A stretch of 64,000 bases of DNA from Phoronis australis. Its lineage: Eukaryota > Animalia > Phoronida. Both the position numbers and the translations under genes were made by a program. Shown piece by piece: positions 25,701 to 40,700 of this stretch. The notes beneath the pieces are model-generated. The model did not search any database. It had not been told where the DNA came from and saw only the letters and a list, made by a program, of their open reading frames with translations. The stretch lies in contig NMRA01000050.1 of assembly GCA_002633005.1 (NCBI GenBank), forward strand, positions 743,820 to 807,819, given 5' to 3'. Position 1 is the first letter of the stretch, and every line of letters starts with the position of its first letter.

Positions 25701-28700
25701 CCGTCCCTGAATGGACAAAAAATGGTTTTAAGCAGTTGACTGCAGGCAGCTAACCTGTAAGATCTTCCTATCCAATGCAGATCTGTTGTAAAAGCCTTCA
25801 TTCTATATCAGGAACAAAGAACAAAGCCTTTGAAAAGGGACAGCTATTTTTAAAGAAAGGTATTTGCGTTGTTTTCTTAATTTACTTATTCAGGCCCTAA
25901 GCGGGAGGTTGGCATAGGGGGTTGGGGTTGTAAAATTTGGTGCAACAAAATGTGTGGAAATAACAGGTAAGAGTGTTCGGGGGAAAATAGCATGGTGAGG
26001 TAATTCCTAAACTTCATGAAGTTCTTTCATGTTTCATAAAACTGTTTTGCTATCCATTGTAAACCCTAATAGTATAATACATTCTCTGAATTCTCAACAG
26101 CTGAACAGTCTTAACTCATGCCTTGAAATGTTGCAAGTCGTTTATCAATTGATATGACTGTCATTTTTTGTGAAAATTGCATTTTTGATGTAAACATACG
26201 AGTGAGTTTGTATTTGAATATATTATTTTTACTGTTAATACGCAAACAATGATGCCTTAGGATTTTTAATTAACCTTAAACAACGGAAAGATTATACATC
26301 ATTTTTTAAGTTACCCAAGTTTTCAGATCCTCTATTAGAAGAAAAATAAAAACTGTGAGAAACGGTTCCCTCGACTTGGACCAAAAGTGTGAATCTGTAA
26401 TCGGTGTTAATAATTGCTGAAAGTATCAAAATCAAAAGGCTTGAAAATGGGTAACAGAGGTTTGAAGTTGTCTCAACTAACTTGCATATTTTGCAGACAA
26501 GTAATGCATTTAATGCAAGGCTAGGAATGAAAAATAAAGACGCAGTTTTATACAAATCAAATACATCCTTGCTTTCTGGAATTTTTTAATTTCGTGTGAA
26601 ATTATAAAGCAGTTACCATATCATATTTTTGAAAAACAGGGAAAACATTTTTGATCCAATCTGGAGTACTTAATTATTCATATTTCAATATTTGTTCCAG
26701 GTTCAGTGACATTTTTAAGGCCACTACAAGCTGCAAAATAGACTAGCTTTGTTACTCCTTTCTCTTCCCAAACACCAGCAGTGCTGCATGGCACAATGCA
26801 CAAGCCAGTGACTCTGGAGAAATGTGAATCGCAGTACTAAGTTACACGAAAATGTGTCAGTGGATTGTTTGTGTGTGAAGAGGAACTATATCTGACTGCT
26901 ACAGCCAGCCTCATTGATGAGGATGCCCTTTCATAGGCTATGAGTCATGTGTGGACAACAACGGCTTAGTTCCTTTCCTGGAAGAAACATGAGGGACTAA
27001 AGCTAAAGAAGACCAAGTAACACTCTGGTCTAGTTCAAGGTCAGGTTTTGGGCACAAATCGAGTCAAGTGATATGATGTTGTGTTTACCTTCAAGGATCT
27101 AATTGTGGACTTTATTGAGGCTGATTGAGGTTACATGAAGGAAAGTCACTTGCTGAAACTGGATCCTTTTTACAAGCGCTTCTATTGGCCATTGAAACTC
27201 GATCCCAGTGAAATGAAAAACAAAAGCATCTGGTATAAATACCTGTCCTTTCTCACTAAGTGACATTAGCTTTTCCTTTCACAAGAAAGACTATATACTA
27301 ATGGTAAAAACTTTTCAACTTGGTACGCATTATGCCGAAATGACATTCACGGACTACATCGATTGTCAATAAGAGGTCCGTTAATGTTACACTTTAATAA
27401 TTGAATAAATTTTTCATCAACAGGCAAGTTTATCACTAATTATTCAAACCACATTATTTCTTCAGTTTTAAAGCCCCATTCAGTGCAGTTGTTCTGCTTC
27501 TTTATAAAGCTGAAGTGATTACCGATTACGCTTGCGAATTGTCGTTTTCCAGTAGACATATAGAAATGTCCGACGATCAAAACGAAGTATTTCCTTTGAT
27601 TGCATTTGATGTGTTTATGTGTGAAACTATTTTTAGAGCTTTCTTAAGGAGGCCTGTGAACAGTTTTAAGTTTCGTGTTAACTTGTCTATAAAAAAAAGT
27701 TCCACATGCAAGAAAAGTATGCTTTCAATTGTAGCTTGCTGGATAAGAATCTGCCATGCACAAGATTTGAGAATAAACAATAATCAGTGTATTTAAAACA
27801 AAATGGCAAACTGAACAACCACATTCATAAAACGGAACAACATTTTTTGTTAAAAACAATTGTAATTTTCCCAATGCAAAAGAGTCCATAATCAGGGATA
27901 TCAAGGGCTGAATTTCTGAATTGAGAGGTTCAATTTCCTCAGGTTATTGCTGAAAAACTGCTTTTCACTTTGTCGAAAGGTAAAATAGACGGTAAGACGA
28001 CTGGTTTCAGTCGTTTTCTCTCACCTGTAAAAGAGAAATATTAGCAAAATATAAAATACAACACAAGACAAAACTACTTTTGTAAGGCAGAACATACTTG
28101 ACATTTCATGTTCATGCTTATATGTAGAAACTAATAATCTTTGTATCCAAGCCTTATGTAAGATCTGAATTAAAATATGTGAAACTCGCTAAAAGTGATT
28201 TAAGAATGTGCATTTTTCATGACACCTGAAATGCGTTTCTGATCTCAACAAATAAAATTCACAGTAAATTTGTGACGTGATGTTCACTTCTTTATATGTT
28301 GTTGCGTCGTTGACGTTGTACCCGCGGCACTTCAAAACTCGACCGTTCTGCCGGGGCAGCGGCCTGAACGTAAGATTTCTGGAGAAGTGAAAACTGCCGA
28401 AAGTCGCAACTAGTGTACGTTTGACGTTGCCAACGTCAACAAAGGTGAGATTAGTAGGTCCCTCAAAACATTTACGCAGGAAACGCATTAAGAAAAAAAA
28501 AGCAATGAATGGAGCGACGATACACCAACGGGGACTTGTGCAGACGGATAGCTACGAGCGGAGCAGTCCACATCAGGTGAACAGTAGCTCAGCAGACAGG
28601 CTCGCGCCNTGTTCATGCTTATATGTAGAAACTAATAATCTTTGTATCCAAGCCTTATGTAGGATCTGAATTAAAATATGTGAAACTCGCTAAAAGTGAC

Positions 28701-31700
28701 TTAAGAATGTGCATTTTTCATGACACCTGAAATGCGTTTCTGATCTCAACAAATAAAATTCACAGTAAATTTGTGACGTGATGTTCACTTCTTTATATGT
28801 TGTTGCGTCGTTGACGTTGTGCCCGCGGCACTTCAAAACTCGACCGTTCTGCCGGGGCAGCGGCCTGAACGTAAGATTTCTGGAGAAGTGAAAACTGCCG
28901 AAAGTCGCAACTAGTGTACGTTTGACGTTGCCAACGTCAACAACGGTGAGATTAGTAGGTCCCTCAAAACATTTACGCAGGAAACGCATTAAGAAAAAAA
29001 AAACAATGAATGGAGCGACGATACACCAACGGGGACTTGTGCAGACGGATAGCTGCCTACGAGCGGAGCAGTCCACATCAGGTGAACAGTAGCTCAGCAG
29101 ACAGGCTCGCGCCAAGGTGTGTAAATACGGCAACAATGAACTAGACTCCTTCTTCATTCAATATGCGGTCGCCTTGACGTGAGCTATCAGCTCAGCTATA
29201 GTTCAGTTTAAGCAGATAACTCAACTCGTTGGCCCTTAAGATAGCTACAAGAGATTGCTTTCTTCTCCGTTATTCTGGAAGCTACCTGCCGGATTTTTTC
29301 CTTTGCTGTTTTCAGCGGCATGACCGATCCCAAATCTTGAGCATTTTTAATGATGCAAATTATGGTCGCTATTTTGCGAAATTCTATTTGGCTCATGGCT
29401 TTCTTACCGGGTACCACAGGTAGATTATTTTGATGTATTCACCGAAGTTTCCAAGGTCAGCAAATTTGATGCAGCTAGTTTGAGTGTGGATACACCGTGA
29501 ATTTGCAACGTAAGACCGTCATTATTTCAAATTCTACTTTTCTATCATATTTAGCTCCCGGGTTGTCTAGTATATCTACAGATGAGTATTGTGTGAGAGT
29601 GTAGACAACACTTAAGTAATGGTACTGTTCCAGTCAAAAAAATTTGCTTTGACAAAACGTTTATTTTGTTTGTGGACGTATCATTAGACGTTTTCTCTGG
29701 TCACTTCAATAAATATTTATAGGCAAAAATTAGGAAAGAATTAAATATACCGCCCAAATTTGACTTTTGGAACTCTTGTAGCATACTTTAAGGGTGAGGG
29801 GAGAAAGTTGATGAAGTCAAGGTTCGACGTGACATATACGAGTATGATTGGCGCATTGCAACATAATTGCGATTCATGTCTGACATAAATGGGACGTATA
29901 TCTGACACAATTCAGAATTGTGTCCGTCTGACATAAATCGGATTCATGTCAGACATAAACAGCGTTAATATCCACCATTATTCTATTTCGATCTGACACA
30001 AACCAGATTTTTGTCTAATGTAAGTCAACCAATGATTCAGTCGAAAGGATATGACACGTCATGTATAAGTGATAAGCGTGGACAATGTACGTTTGTATCA
30101 ACGATTTTCATTCGCTGACTTATGTCAGACAAAAATACGATTTATGTTAAACATAAATGATCGATGTTAGTGTTATTTATATAGGATTATGATTGGCATC
30201 AATGAACTATGTTAGACCATACATAGTTTCATAGTAGAGAATATTATTTATGTCTATTATCAATTTGTTTTATATCAGACTAATTCGAATTGATGTCATA
30301 CATAAATCGGAATTACGTCGCACTGCACTAACCGCACTCGTTTATCTGACGAACCACTTGTGGATGGCGAGACCCAAGACAAACCATGCGCAAAGTATGA
30401 CTCGGTATTTAATCGTAAAGGTGGGAGCAATCTACCATTTTAAAACTGGATACTTATCCAGGATTTAACTAATTGTTTGGTTTCGGAAGATGTGACACTT
30501 TGTTTCTGCACAGCACATAAAATGATAAGACGCGCCCAGTCAGCTATTAATGTTGTCTCAACCAATAACACGATGTCATTCTTCCCAAGCCGAGAATTAT
30601 TAATTAGTTATTTCATAGGAACAATTTGAAACCAGGGTCAAAACGATTAGAGGGAGGAGTCAGGAGGCGGACTAATAGCACCATTCTTTACGAGCGAAAG
30701 GAGGGAAATCCCTCATTCAAACCTCCGTTCTCTACTAGTCAGACCCAAATGCCCAACCCCGATGGCTAAACATATACCACCTGAAATGTGACCAGGATCC
30801 CAACCACACCTACATCGAAAAAACCAAGAGACCGTTCCTTACCAGATTCAAAGGCCATCTGAAACTAAGCAGACTAACAGCTGTGGGGGAACATAGTTTG
30901 CGACTGGGCATTCCATCTCTCTTTCGTCATCCAGGATCCTAGCCAAGGAACAAAATTGGCATACTCGTAAGCTCAAAGAGGACAAAAACACCAACAGTCA
31001 GCGCCCTCTCTTGAACCAGGACCGAGGACTCCATTTAACCTGTGTACTCCACCATTCTTAACGAGCGAAAGGCGGGAAATCCCTCATTCATCGGCAAAGA
31101 CCTGGCGGACCAGGTCGAAATGTCTGCAAACAACCTACCACGTCTCTAAGTAAGTGGCCATCTTATATACTATAACATGCAGAGTAGTACCCCCACAATA
31201 AAAGCAACTTGTCAAGAAGGTAATGGAGGTCTACCTCCAGTGGAACAAAATTACCTTTTCAAAAAAAGCTAAGTTCGATTTAGTAATTCATTTTAAAGTT
31301 AAGTATCCTTCATATTTTGGCAATTTGGTATTATTTTTCTTCTTATTGTCTACCTTCAGCTGATAAAAAAAGCTTTTGCATTAAATCCTTGAGTATTGGG
31401 AGAACCACACAAATAAACGTATAATTTAACCAAATTGCCTTTATCAAAATACTAAAATTTGGTATTGGATGAAACGTTTACGAATTACCGGTGGTCATTT
31501 GAACAAATCATGCTATCCAAGTGCTAATATAAATGGAACACAGGGTTATCGTAATCAGTGTGACTTTGCATGACAATAGAATTTAACATACCAGTGACGT
31601 AAACGGAGATTCTGCGTGTCGAGGTCGCGTTCTGGACATTCACGTTCGCTGATATGCATGGCAATATAGCCTTATTCAAAGTCCGATCAGGTTTGAAAGA

Positions 31701-34700
31701 AATGCTTTGTCGAAACACAGTGCCACCATGAACACTCGGCTCTTCGGCAACTGAGGCTATTTTGTCAGATGCAAACTGGTCAGAAATCCATCTGAGAGAT
31801 ACGTTTCCAAACGCATTGTCAGTGAAACATGTGACGTTGCCAGGAAGCCCAGCGACCAAAGTAATCGTGTTGAAGTCCTCACTAAATCGTGCACTAGTTG
31901 TAGTGAAGGTTAAATTTTTTGGACTAACTGCGTAATAAAACAGTTTCAGCTACAATAACGCTAGCACTAAACTTTAGGAATGAACCACTATCAATTAGAT
32001 TTAGTCACAAATTATAATGTAGTGTTTCACTTAATTAAATTTGAAATTGTCAGATCGTTTTTCTTAACAAGTATCCATAAAAACAATTAGTTCCCTCCAT
32101 GATTCTCGACCATTGAAGGGCGTTCATCGTGAAAATAATAACATACCCGAAGACAGAATAACGTACACGACTGTCTCGTAAACAATATGCTACTATAGGA
32201 GTCTATAAGCATCATGATATATTTTAATTTTAGACTAACTTTGGCAATGTGGTATAAAACAGAAAAACGACCAGTGGTGACGTATCCTAGACATTCATCT
32301 TTCTGTCAACAAAGGCCAGAAAAATCAGTCAATAATTTTGACAGCAATATCTCGCCCGAAACTGCAATCAAGTCTGTGCAAAAGTCGACTGATGGTGGCG
32401 CATCTCTTGCAGTGCCTGTACATGTACTACGTCTCTGTACCAAATTGTCAAGGTGTTTTGAAAATAACTTGCTAATAGCAATATTTTGCAGAAAATTGAA
32501 ACGGCCAACAGTGGATGCCACGGCATCAGAATCCATCCGGTAATCGGCTGGTGCATCCCAGCCATAACGCCTTACATGAATTTGGCGTTAAGTCAAAATC
32601 TAGACGAAGGCTAAATTTTCTAACAGCGGTTACGTGTGTTAGGGCAATCAATTCCCTTGAAAAGCAACTGGTGTCAGCGCATTCCCATGACGTACATCTG
32701 CGTCATGTTTAGGCACAATTGGTCGAGCAGTTTGTTCACAAACCGGCGGACAAAAAACGTCTTTGTCTCAAACTGAATCAGCCGACAAGGGGTGCCCCAT
32801 TACTAATGTGGCCTGTATCGGTAACTTCCACTTTCCCGGCGTCAATTTGCATCCCGCAAAAAGTCTCTTACGGAAAAAGGTGGTGGGTTTTTTTCGGTCA
32901 GTTGTTACGTCAACCACAACGTCTTCATTTGCTGTAGGCCTAGCAGTGGACTTTAGAAGTGCTGGAAGATGGGCAAGTGAATGCACATGCGATACGAAAA
33001 GTCTCATAAAATGACACCTATATGTGTTCATGGGCTCCCAAAGGACTCCTGTTGAATATATGCGAATGCTAGTCTGTTTATGCTTTTCGTCTGTATCAAC
33101 ATTTCAAGCTTGAATTTCAATAATTTATTGGACGATTTACTGACGTATGAACTACCTGTTAGACTTAAATAACTTGTGAGAATAGACCGGCGAAACCTTT
33201 GTTGACGAGTTATGGGTCAAGTATTAACTGAGAAAATAATGACAACTTGTTACATTTCTACAGCTTCATCCCATGCCATAAAAGCAAAACGACCCCGGAA
33301 GTAACCCACAGAGTATTTTGGCGTTTAGTTGCTACAGGAGCCCAATGGGGCCTTATGTTGATGGCGCTCTTTCGGAAATCCCCAGTAGTCAAATCCGTTT
33401 GTAAACCAACTGGTGAAGATCAAGAAAGACCTCGTGAGCCCGTTTCAAGTTTTTTTATCTCAACTTCAAAAAAATAGTTAAGACCTACTACCGAGTAAAA
33501 TTGCTCTATTGATCTAATTGACCAAAAATTTACGACAAGCATCAGTGAGAACTGTTGACAAACGAATTCCGTTAATACATTTCACAATCTAATGTGACTT
33601 AACAATTTCATATACTTTGCTTTGGATTCGAGAACAGGTGTAACATGAAAGTTTGAAGCCAGTGAAGAAATGACCCGCACAACTTTTTCAACGTTTCAAA
33701 ATGACCGCCGGTCAACTACGCGTTGTTAATAAAGTTACTCTATGTACAAATGGATAATAAGTTGACACTGTTGTTAGAGCATGCCCGGGGGGAGAGGGGG
33801 GTGACACCAATGCCCCCGGGTGGGATACTACTGGCAGGGAACCGGCAGATAATCTTGCACCATGACGCCTGTGGTGGTCGCTATCGTTGATGAGTAGCCT
33901 TTCTGGTCGTCTAATGTTTGCTAGTGAAATCACTGTGTTTTACTCCTCGGCGTGTCAATACCTACATGTATTTGCTTTGCGAGACGGGGACATTCACTCG
34001 GCATTGTTGTTTGTTTTATTTGCTGTTGGTGGTCTTAGACCCCATTTATCCACCTGTGTTACTTGCCAATATTTCCACCCGGAGTGCGAGGTTGAGACTA
34101 GTGTGTAAAACATTCTCCAATAAACCCCAAACCTTTGGGTAAAAATTTAACAAGGATCACATTTTCATGCGAGGAGGGTCTATATTTAAGTGGCCGGGTA
34201 ACTTTTCAATGCTGTAAATTGTCACTTTTCTGTTGACAAAGTGACCCTGAGTCATTTTCCCCGGACGTCAAAATATAATGTTACACCCACAAACCAGGGA
34301 GGGACAATGCAGTGCGACTTACCTTTAGCCCCTACATATGAAATCAACACATTGTTTGTAATTTTATTAAACACCATCTGGCGAACGTATGTGTTTGAGT
34401 AATAATTTTGGTTAGATAAGAGTCTAATAAAATTGGTTTTAAGCAAAATGTATACATGTAGATTTGTTGTTTGTACTGTTAACTAGAAGGGTCTATAATA
34501 TTTTATGTTGAAAAGGATTATGACTAAAATATTTAAGCATTTGAAAATACCTTAGTTCATGCAAAAGATGTTTCAAAATGATCATCGGGGACACAAATGC
34601 TCGAACAGGGGTGTTAAATGATCAACTAGAATTAGTAACAGCGTGCGATGTGCCCAATGCTGAATTATGTTGTCACGAGGAAACCAAACTGTTTGTGGGT

Positions 34701-37700
34701 GTGAAGCGCCAAAATCTAGACAAGAATGTATAGTAAATAATTTTGGGAAAATCCCTTCTAGAAGCAGATATTGTTTATAATTTAGTTACACAGAACAAAA
34801 GAAAAATACCGATTCAGAAGGTGGATATACACACTTGTCTCATACAGGTAAAAATACTACTGACTACACGTTAGTGGATAAGAAACTGTTTTACAATATA
34901 TCATCATTTGAAATAACAGACATTGATTATGGAAAACATTTTCCTGTCAGATGTGGATTTGAGATTAAGCAACAATTACCTGAAAGCGATTTCGACAATT
35001 AGGAAGAATATGTAAGATACTTTTGGAAGGAGGATAAGAAGAGTGAAAACTTAATAATTTCATTTCAAGTGATTATTTTGTATCCATTGTGAATGATATA
35101 ATAATAGAATTAGACAAAGGTAAAAAACAGTGTCATATCCAGTTTAGAAAATTGTTTAGTTAGGTTGGCAATGTACTGTCTGCACCAGAAGGTGAACGGT
35201 GTAAGAAACAAGACCGTGACGAATGTAAATGGTTCGATTCTGAGCTAAAAGCATTGGAATGAAGACAGTGTAAGCTTTTAGAAGCACGCAGAAGGAATAT
35301 AATTGGATCCTTATTGAACGAATACATTGGTACCAAAAATACGTTAGAAAAATTATTAAATTTAAAAAAGGAAATATTGACTGTCAGAAGTTGACTGTGG
35401 GTTTGTATAAAATGTAGCTATGCTTTGAGGTTGTGTACGGATGGAGAGAAAGGGATTGCATCCAGTAATGAATTTATTATATAATAACAGCTAATTAAAA
35501 CAAGTGAAGCCTGTTCTTAATTAAGTACACTAACAATGAAGTAAAGCCACTAAGACAGCGACCTCTGTAAGGATTACTTCAATCAATTAACTAACAATAA
35601 TCAAGCTTTTTATCTGCTATCCAAACTGACACTTATAGGATAACAGTCCTGTTGGTAAATCTTCGAAGTAACACACAGAGACAGTGTAAGTGTTGGTCAC
35701 ATTCTTTCATGATGCAACACCTGCAGGCAGTATCTTGCTAGCCACTATTCCTCTTGCCTGTGATAGTCTCTCGTGACGCAACACTTGCAGGCAGTATCTT
35801 CTACCCACGACTCCTCTTGCCGGTCACTGTTTCTGGTGATGCAACGCTTGTAAGCAGTATTTTATTACCCACGATGCAAGTGACAAGCTCTTAGTTAACT
35901 TCCTGTTCGTTTACCCTTGTCTTTGCCACCAAGATCGTCTTTGAGAATCTTCCACGAGATGGCTCTGTACACTGTCGCAAGTGTTGTAGCTTCAACTGCT
36001 GAGTTCCCGTTAAGTATTTTCCGAATTATAATAATGTAGTTGCTTAACGATTGCCCAATAAAAACCACATCTTATTTAATCATAACATTGGATGTTACGA
36101 TTGGATATCAGAAATTTCTAGAATCTTTAGAGTGCACTGACCCCAGAGCAAATAGAGACATCACGGAGAAAGAGATTGTGGAAGTAATATCTGTTATGAA
36201 AACTGGGAAGTGTCCAGAGGAATATGCAAACCGATTGTGTTTATTTAAATTTTCAAGAGAAATATTAAGAATTTATTGTGCAAGCTTTTAATAAAAAATC
36301 TCTCTATTGAAAAAGTCCCAGGGAAATGGACAAAGGGGTTGATATTACCTTCATATAAAAATGGTGACCAATCAAACCCTGGTAACTACATGTATATAGG
36401 AAACACGTTACTCAATGTTATTTGTAAAACTTTTACTACAGTCTTAAACAGAAGACTGATAGCATAGGTAGAGGAAAACATATTAGTCGTAGAAGAGCAG
36501 ACTGATTTCAGGAAAAAATCTAATGTTGATCACATTTATTACACTTACATGTAATTGCCTCGTTGAGAAATATTTGTTCGGGAAAAATTCGAAACCATTT
36601 AATCGTGCCTTTATCGACTTTAGCAAAGCGCTTGACTAGATAGAAAGAACGAAACTTTTTATATTTTAGTTTCAAAAAGTGTCTCAGGGCTTATTCTTAA
36701 AACCCTACAAAGCATGTATAAAAATTTTTATGCAAAAATCGGAAGTGACCTCGGAATATAAGGACTGGGGTGCGACAGGGCTGTGTGCTTAATCCTCGTT
36801 TGTTTTCATTGTATATCAACCAACTAGCTGTTGAAATGAGTAGTGAAGGGGATCTGGTATCCAAGTGACCGCACGATGTTGAACAAACATACTTATTGCT
36901 TTTTTCAGATGATGTCACGTTATTCGGTGACTCTGTGGTGGAGTTGTAATGACGGTTTGAAACTCTTGTTTCAATGGACTATGACTGTAAACATGGGAAA
37001 GTTAATATAGTTGCATTTAAAAAGGTGGGAAATTAAAGAAATCTAAAAGTGGTTTCATACACATGTACATGTAGGAACTGAGTTAAAAGGGTACAGTTAG
37101 TTTAAGTATTTCGGAATTGTATTTTCATGCAGGCTTAATTGGTCAGTGTGTTGTAAATGTAGAACACTTGCAAAGCATTTAATATTGTCAAGCATTTTTA
37201 CATAACATGCACAGACATGCAAAAGTTGCCTTCAACTCTTTGATTCATAGGTTGCCCCTATATCACTTTATAAATGGTAAACTGTGAGAAAATAGTCGCA
37301 TAAAAGACATACAAATTGTACAAAACAAAATTTTAAATGCTTCTAAATAACTGGTAACAAAACAACAAATATCATCGCCAAGGGTGAATTTGACCTATTT
37401 TAATATGTTTTAAAAAGTATTTAAAATACTTTTTGAAACTGTACAAATGGGCAACGAACGTCTTCGAAAACAGTGATATAAGATGTTGTATTAAACAGAC
37501 AGGAGTTGTGAGAAAACTGGTGTTCAGAATGTTAAAAAATTGTTAATTGAAAACGCATTTGGTCATGTTTGGTTACACCGAGATGTTGGAGATGAATTAT
37601 TGTATTTGTTGGAGTTCGAGCAAAGACTAACAGACGTGAATTTACAGAGGTGACTGAAATGCGTGGATAACATGAGCAAAAGTAATTTTAATAGAATATT

Positions 37701-40700
37701 CAAAACCAGTTTATTATGCGAAAAATACCTATGTTGACATTTGATTTTAAAACAAATATTTGCCATTGCTAATATTAGATGCTCAGCGCAATCAAAATTG
37801 AGAGAAGAAACAATGTATCACGTGAACAAAGGAATGTTATATTTGTAATACAAATGGGATGAAGACGGATAATCACTCTTTATTGCTCAGTCTTGTGAGA
37901 TTTAAGGAATTGTTATCTGCAGCGTACTTATATAAATGATTTGGTTGAGACATTCTTCAAGACTAGTCTGTTCAGCTTTTGTAAAGTTTTGCAAACCTTA
38001 CATCAAGAGCTATATCGGTCATAAATTCAGTGTGTATCTCGTGAACAGTGGTTGTGGGCCGGAGGTCTTTTGAATCACATTAAAGTCTGCTCTATTCCAT
38101 TCGATTCTATTCTATTTTCCAGCCATACCTTAAGTAAAGGAAATACCAATTACATTCTAAATGTTGTGAATGAAACGTCATTTAGAGTTTCTCAGACAAA
38201 GAAAAAATCATACAGCGGACCCCTGATGGTTTTTCTCGGAGTCTATATTCAAAGAAATACAGAACATGGTGTTGGTCTATTAACAGAAACTAAAGAGTGT
38301 TCCTGCTTACGTTTTACTATAATGTAATGCTAAATAGTTTGTAATCCTCTTCAGCCATCAAATGTTTGGAATAAATTAGTAAACTCCTTACAACTGCATA
38401 ACGCAAAATTGATATCAAAGCTGCACGAGGAAACTCACAGTAGACTACCGTCGTGATGTTTACTTCTTTCCACATTGTTGAGTCATCAACGTTGTAAGCC
38501 CGACAAGTCAATTGCCCACCGTTGTGCCGTGGACGAGGACCGAATGTGAGACTTCTCGAGATGCGATATCCGTTGTAGGATGACTTTGTTGCAGCCATTT
38601 GCGCAAATGGCTGTTGAACCCAAAGGTCATTGGGGTACAACCACGTCATGGACGCATTTGGATATACGTGATCGGTAACACAGGTCAGTGAGTATGTTAA
38701 ACCTTCCACAACGTTAAACGTAGTCCCGTTGACGTCGCCAATGTCAAAAACTGTGAGACTTGTGGGTCCCCCTTAAAAACGGTCATGCATGAGTAAACAA
38801 TTTAGCATAAGATAACAAATACAAAATCAATGACAAGTGATTTTTTAAACGGCACTAAATTCACCACGTATCACAAAAGCACTTTTTTGTTTGAACAACG
38901 TTCTGGTTCAAAATGGATCTCAAAACTGTTTCTTTGTCGAAATATTCCAAGACATGAAAAGAACTGACACTTCGTCATAGTTTGAGACCGGGCTGTAAAA
39001 GTTTGCAAGCCACGGCGGGTAATTGTATGCGTCGAACATTATCTGATGGAATAATGAAATAAAAATCGTTTGTAAAACAGAAATTAAATCTTTTGTCACT
39101 TGAGTAAGGAGTAAGGGGATATCAATTTTGCGGCGCTTCTTAGTAGAAGCGGGTGTTTATGACCTCTTTGAATAACTAAAATCACCATTCAACACCAAAC
39201 ATGTAAGACTAGTCCATCGGTTTCCAACTCGGTTTCGAGTGCTTTGCATTGTACAATGNCGTTCTCTAGATTATGAAATAATTAAGAACACGTAGGAGGA
39301 GCCAGTAGTATTTTCGTATTTTGGAGCTGAAAGTTTGTATATAGAAAATTTCAACTGTTTGTGCAAAGCAATCGTAATAAAGCTTTTGAATTTTGTAAAT
39401 CGGACTAGAAATGTGCCTTTCATAACATAAAAAGCTCGTTTAATGTTGCAGTGATATGTTCTTTATTACTTCTGCGGGGTGTGCAGCATAATTAGGCCAA
39501 TTACCAAACCACCAGGCAGCAGTTGGATTTTGAGGTAAGCCAAGTGTCATCGTACAATTCTTGACAATGAAGTATTGGTGTCATATCCTCATTAGTTTAT
39601 TAGTTAATTTCTCCGATTTGCCTGTAACCCGATTTTAGATTCAAAGATTAAAGTACGCATGCGCAACGTAGAGTGTGCGTCTTCCGGTACAAAAATGTGC
39701 TCGTTTTATTCTTAACGTTCTGTGCTTCAACGCTGCTAAACAACGCAACACATAACACTGGCGACGAGGTAAAGCTACGAGAATGCCTATCGGTGCTTTG
39801 GAACCTTATGACTGTTCTGAGTCGCTCTGTGCGTATTTGGAGAGGCTAAACGAATACTTTTTAGCGAATGACATTGGTCAACCCGATGCCGGTGCCAATG
39901 CAGCGGCCACTGCAGCTGCTAATCGCAAAAAAGTGGCATCTCTACTTACTCTTATCGGAAAGAAAGCCTACAATGTGCTGCAGGACTTATGCAAACCTGA
40001 TTTACCTAAGGACAAAACTTTCAAAGAACTGTGTGACATGTTAAAATTACACTTTGAGCCTCGCAAACTGGAGGTTGCTGAGACATTCAAATTCCATCGT
40101 TGTATTCAAGGGGACAATGAGACTGTGTCTGAATACTGTGCGAGACTGAGAGGTATGGCTGCTGACTGTAACTTTGGAAATTACTTACATCGTGCACTTC
40201 GCGACCAGTTCATTAGTGGTATTCGTAATAAAGACACACAGAGAAAACTACTTGAGGTGGACCGTAATTTTGATGAATGTCACCAGGTGGCGACTGCTGA
40301 CGAAGCTGCTACAAGAGAGAGTAAGAACTTTCTGGCTTCTGCTATGAACAATACCCAATCTGTGAACATGATTAAGGGTAAGTCCAAACCCAAACCTCAC
40401 TTCAGTGGCTCTACTACTACTGCCAAGTCCAAGGTAAGCGCTCCTTCTAAGACTCATTCTAATGCACAGTTCAGCAAGCGAGCAACTTCAGCCAAGTCCT
40501 ATAGATGTTACTCGTGTGGCAAGACTGACCATGTTCGAGCACAGTGTCGTTTCCGGGATGCTGTGTGTACTAAATGTAACCGTCAGGGTCACATTTCTCC
40601 TGCCTGCCGTTCCCACCATGTCAACTTATTTTCTGCGGAGGACAATTCTGAGGCTTCTCATGATGAACTGTATACGATACACGAGATGAATTCGCTGTCG

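Larger units (their letters stand above)
28109..29113. repeat. ~500-bp tandem duplication joined at an N (likely haplotype-overlap assembly artefact)
   Basis: 28109-28608 vs 28610-29113, about 6 differences; N at 28609. Confidence 0.85.

Noticed and set aside
28109-29113. Apparent very recent tandem duplication of an Ig exon
   Set aside because: The junction is exactly an N (28609) and the copies differ by ~1%, as expected for two haplotypes overlapping at a scaffold join. Treated as an artefact unless long reads span both copies.
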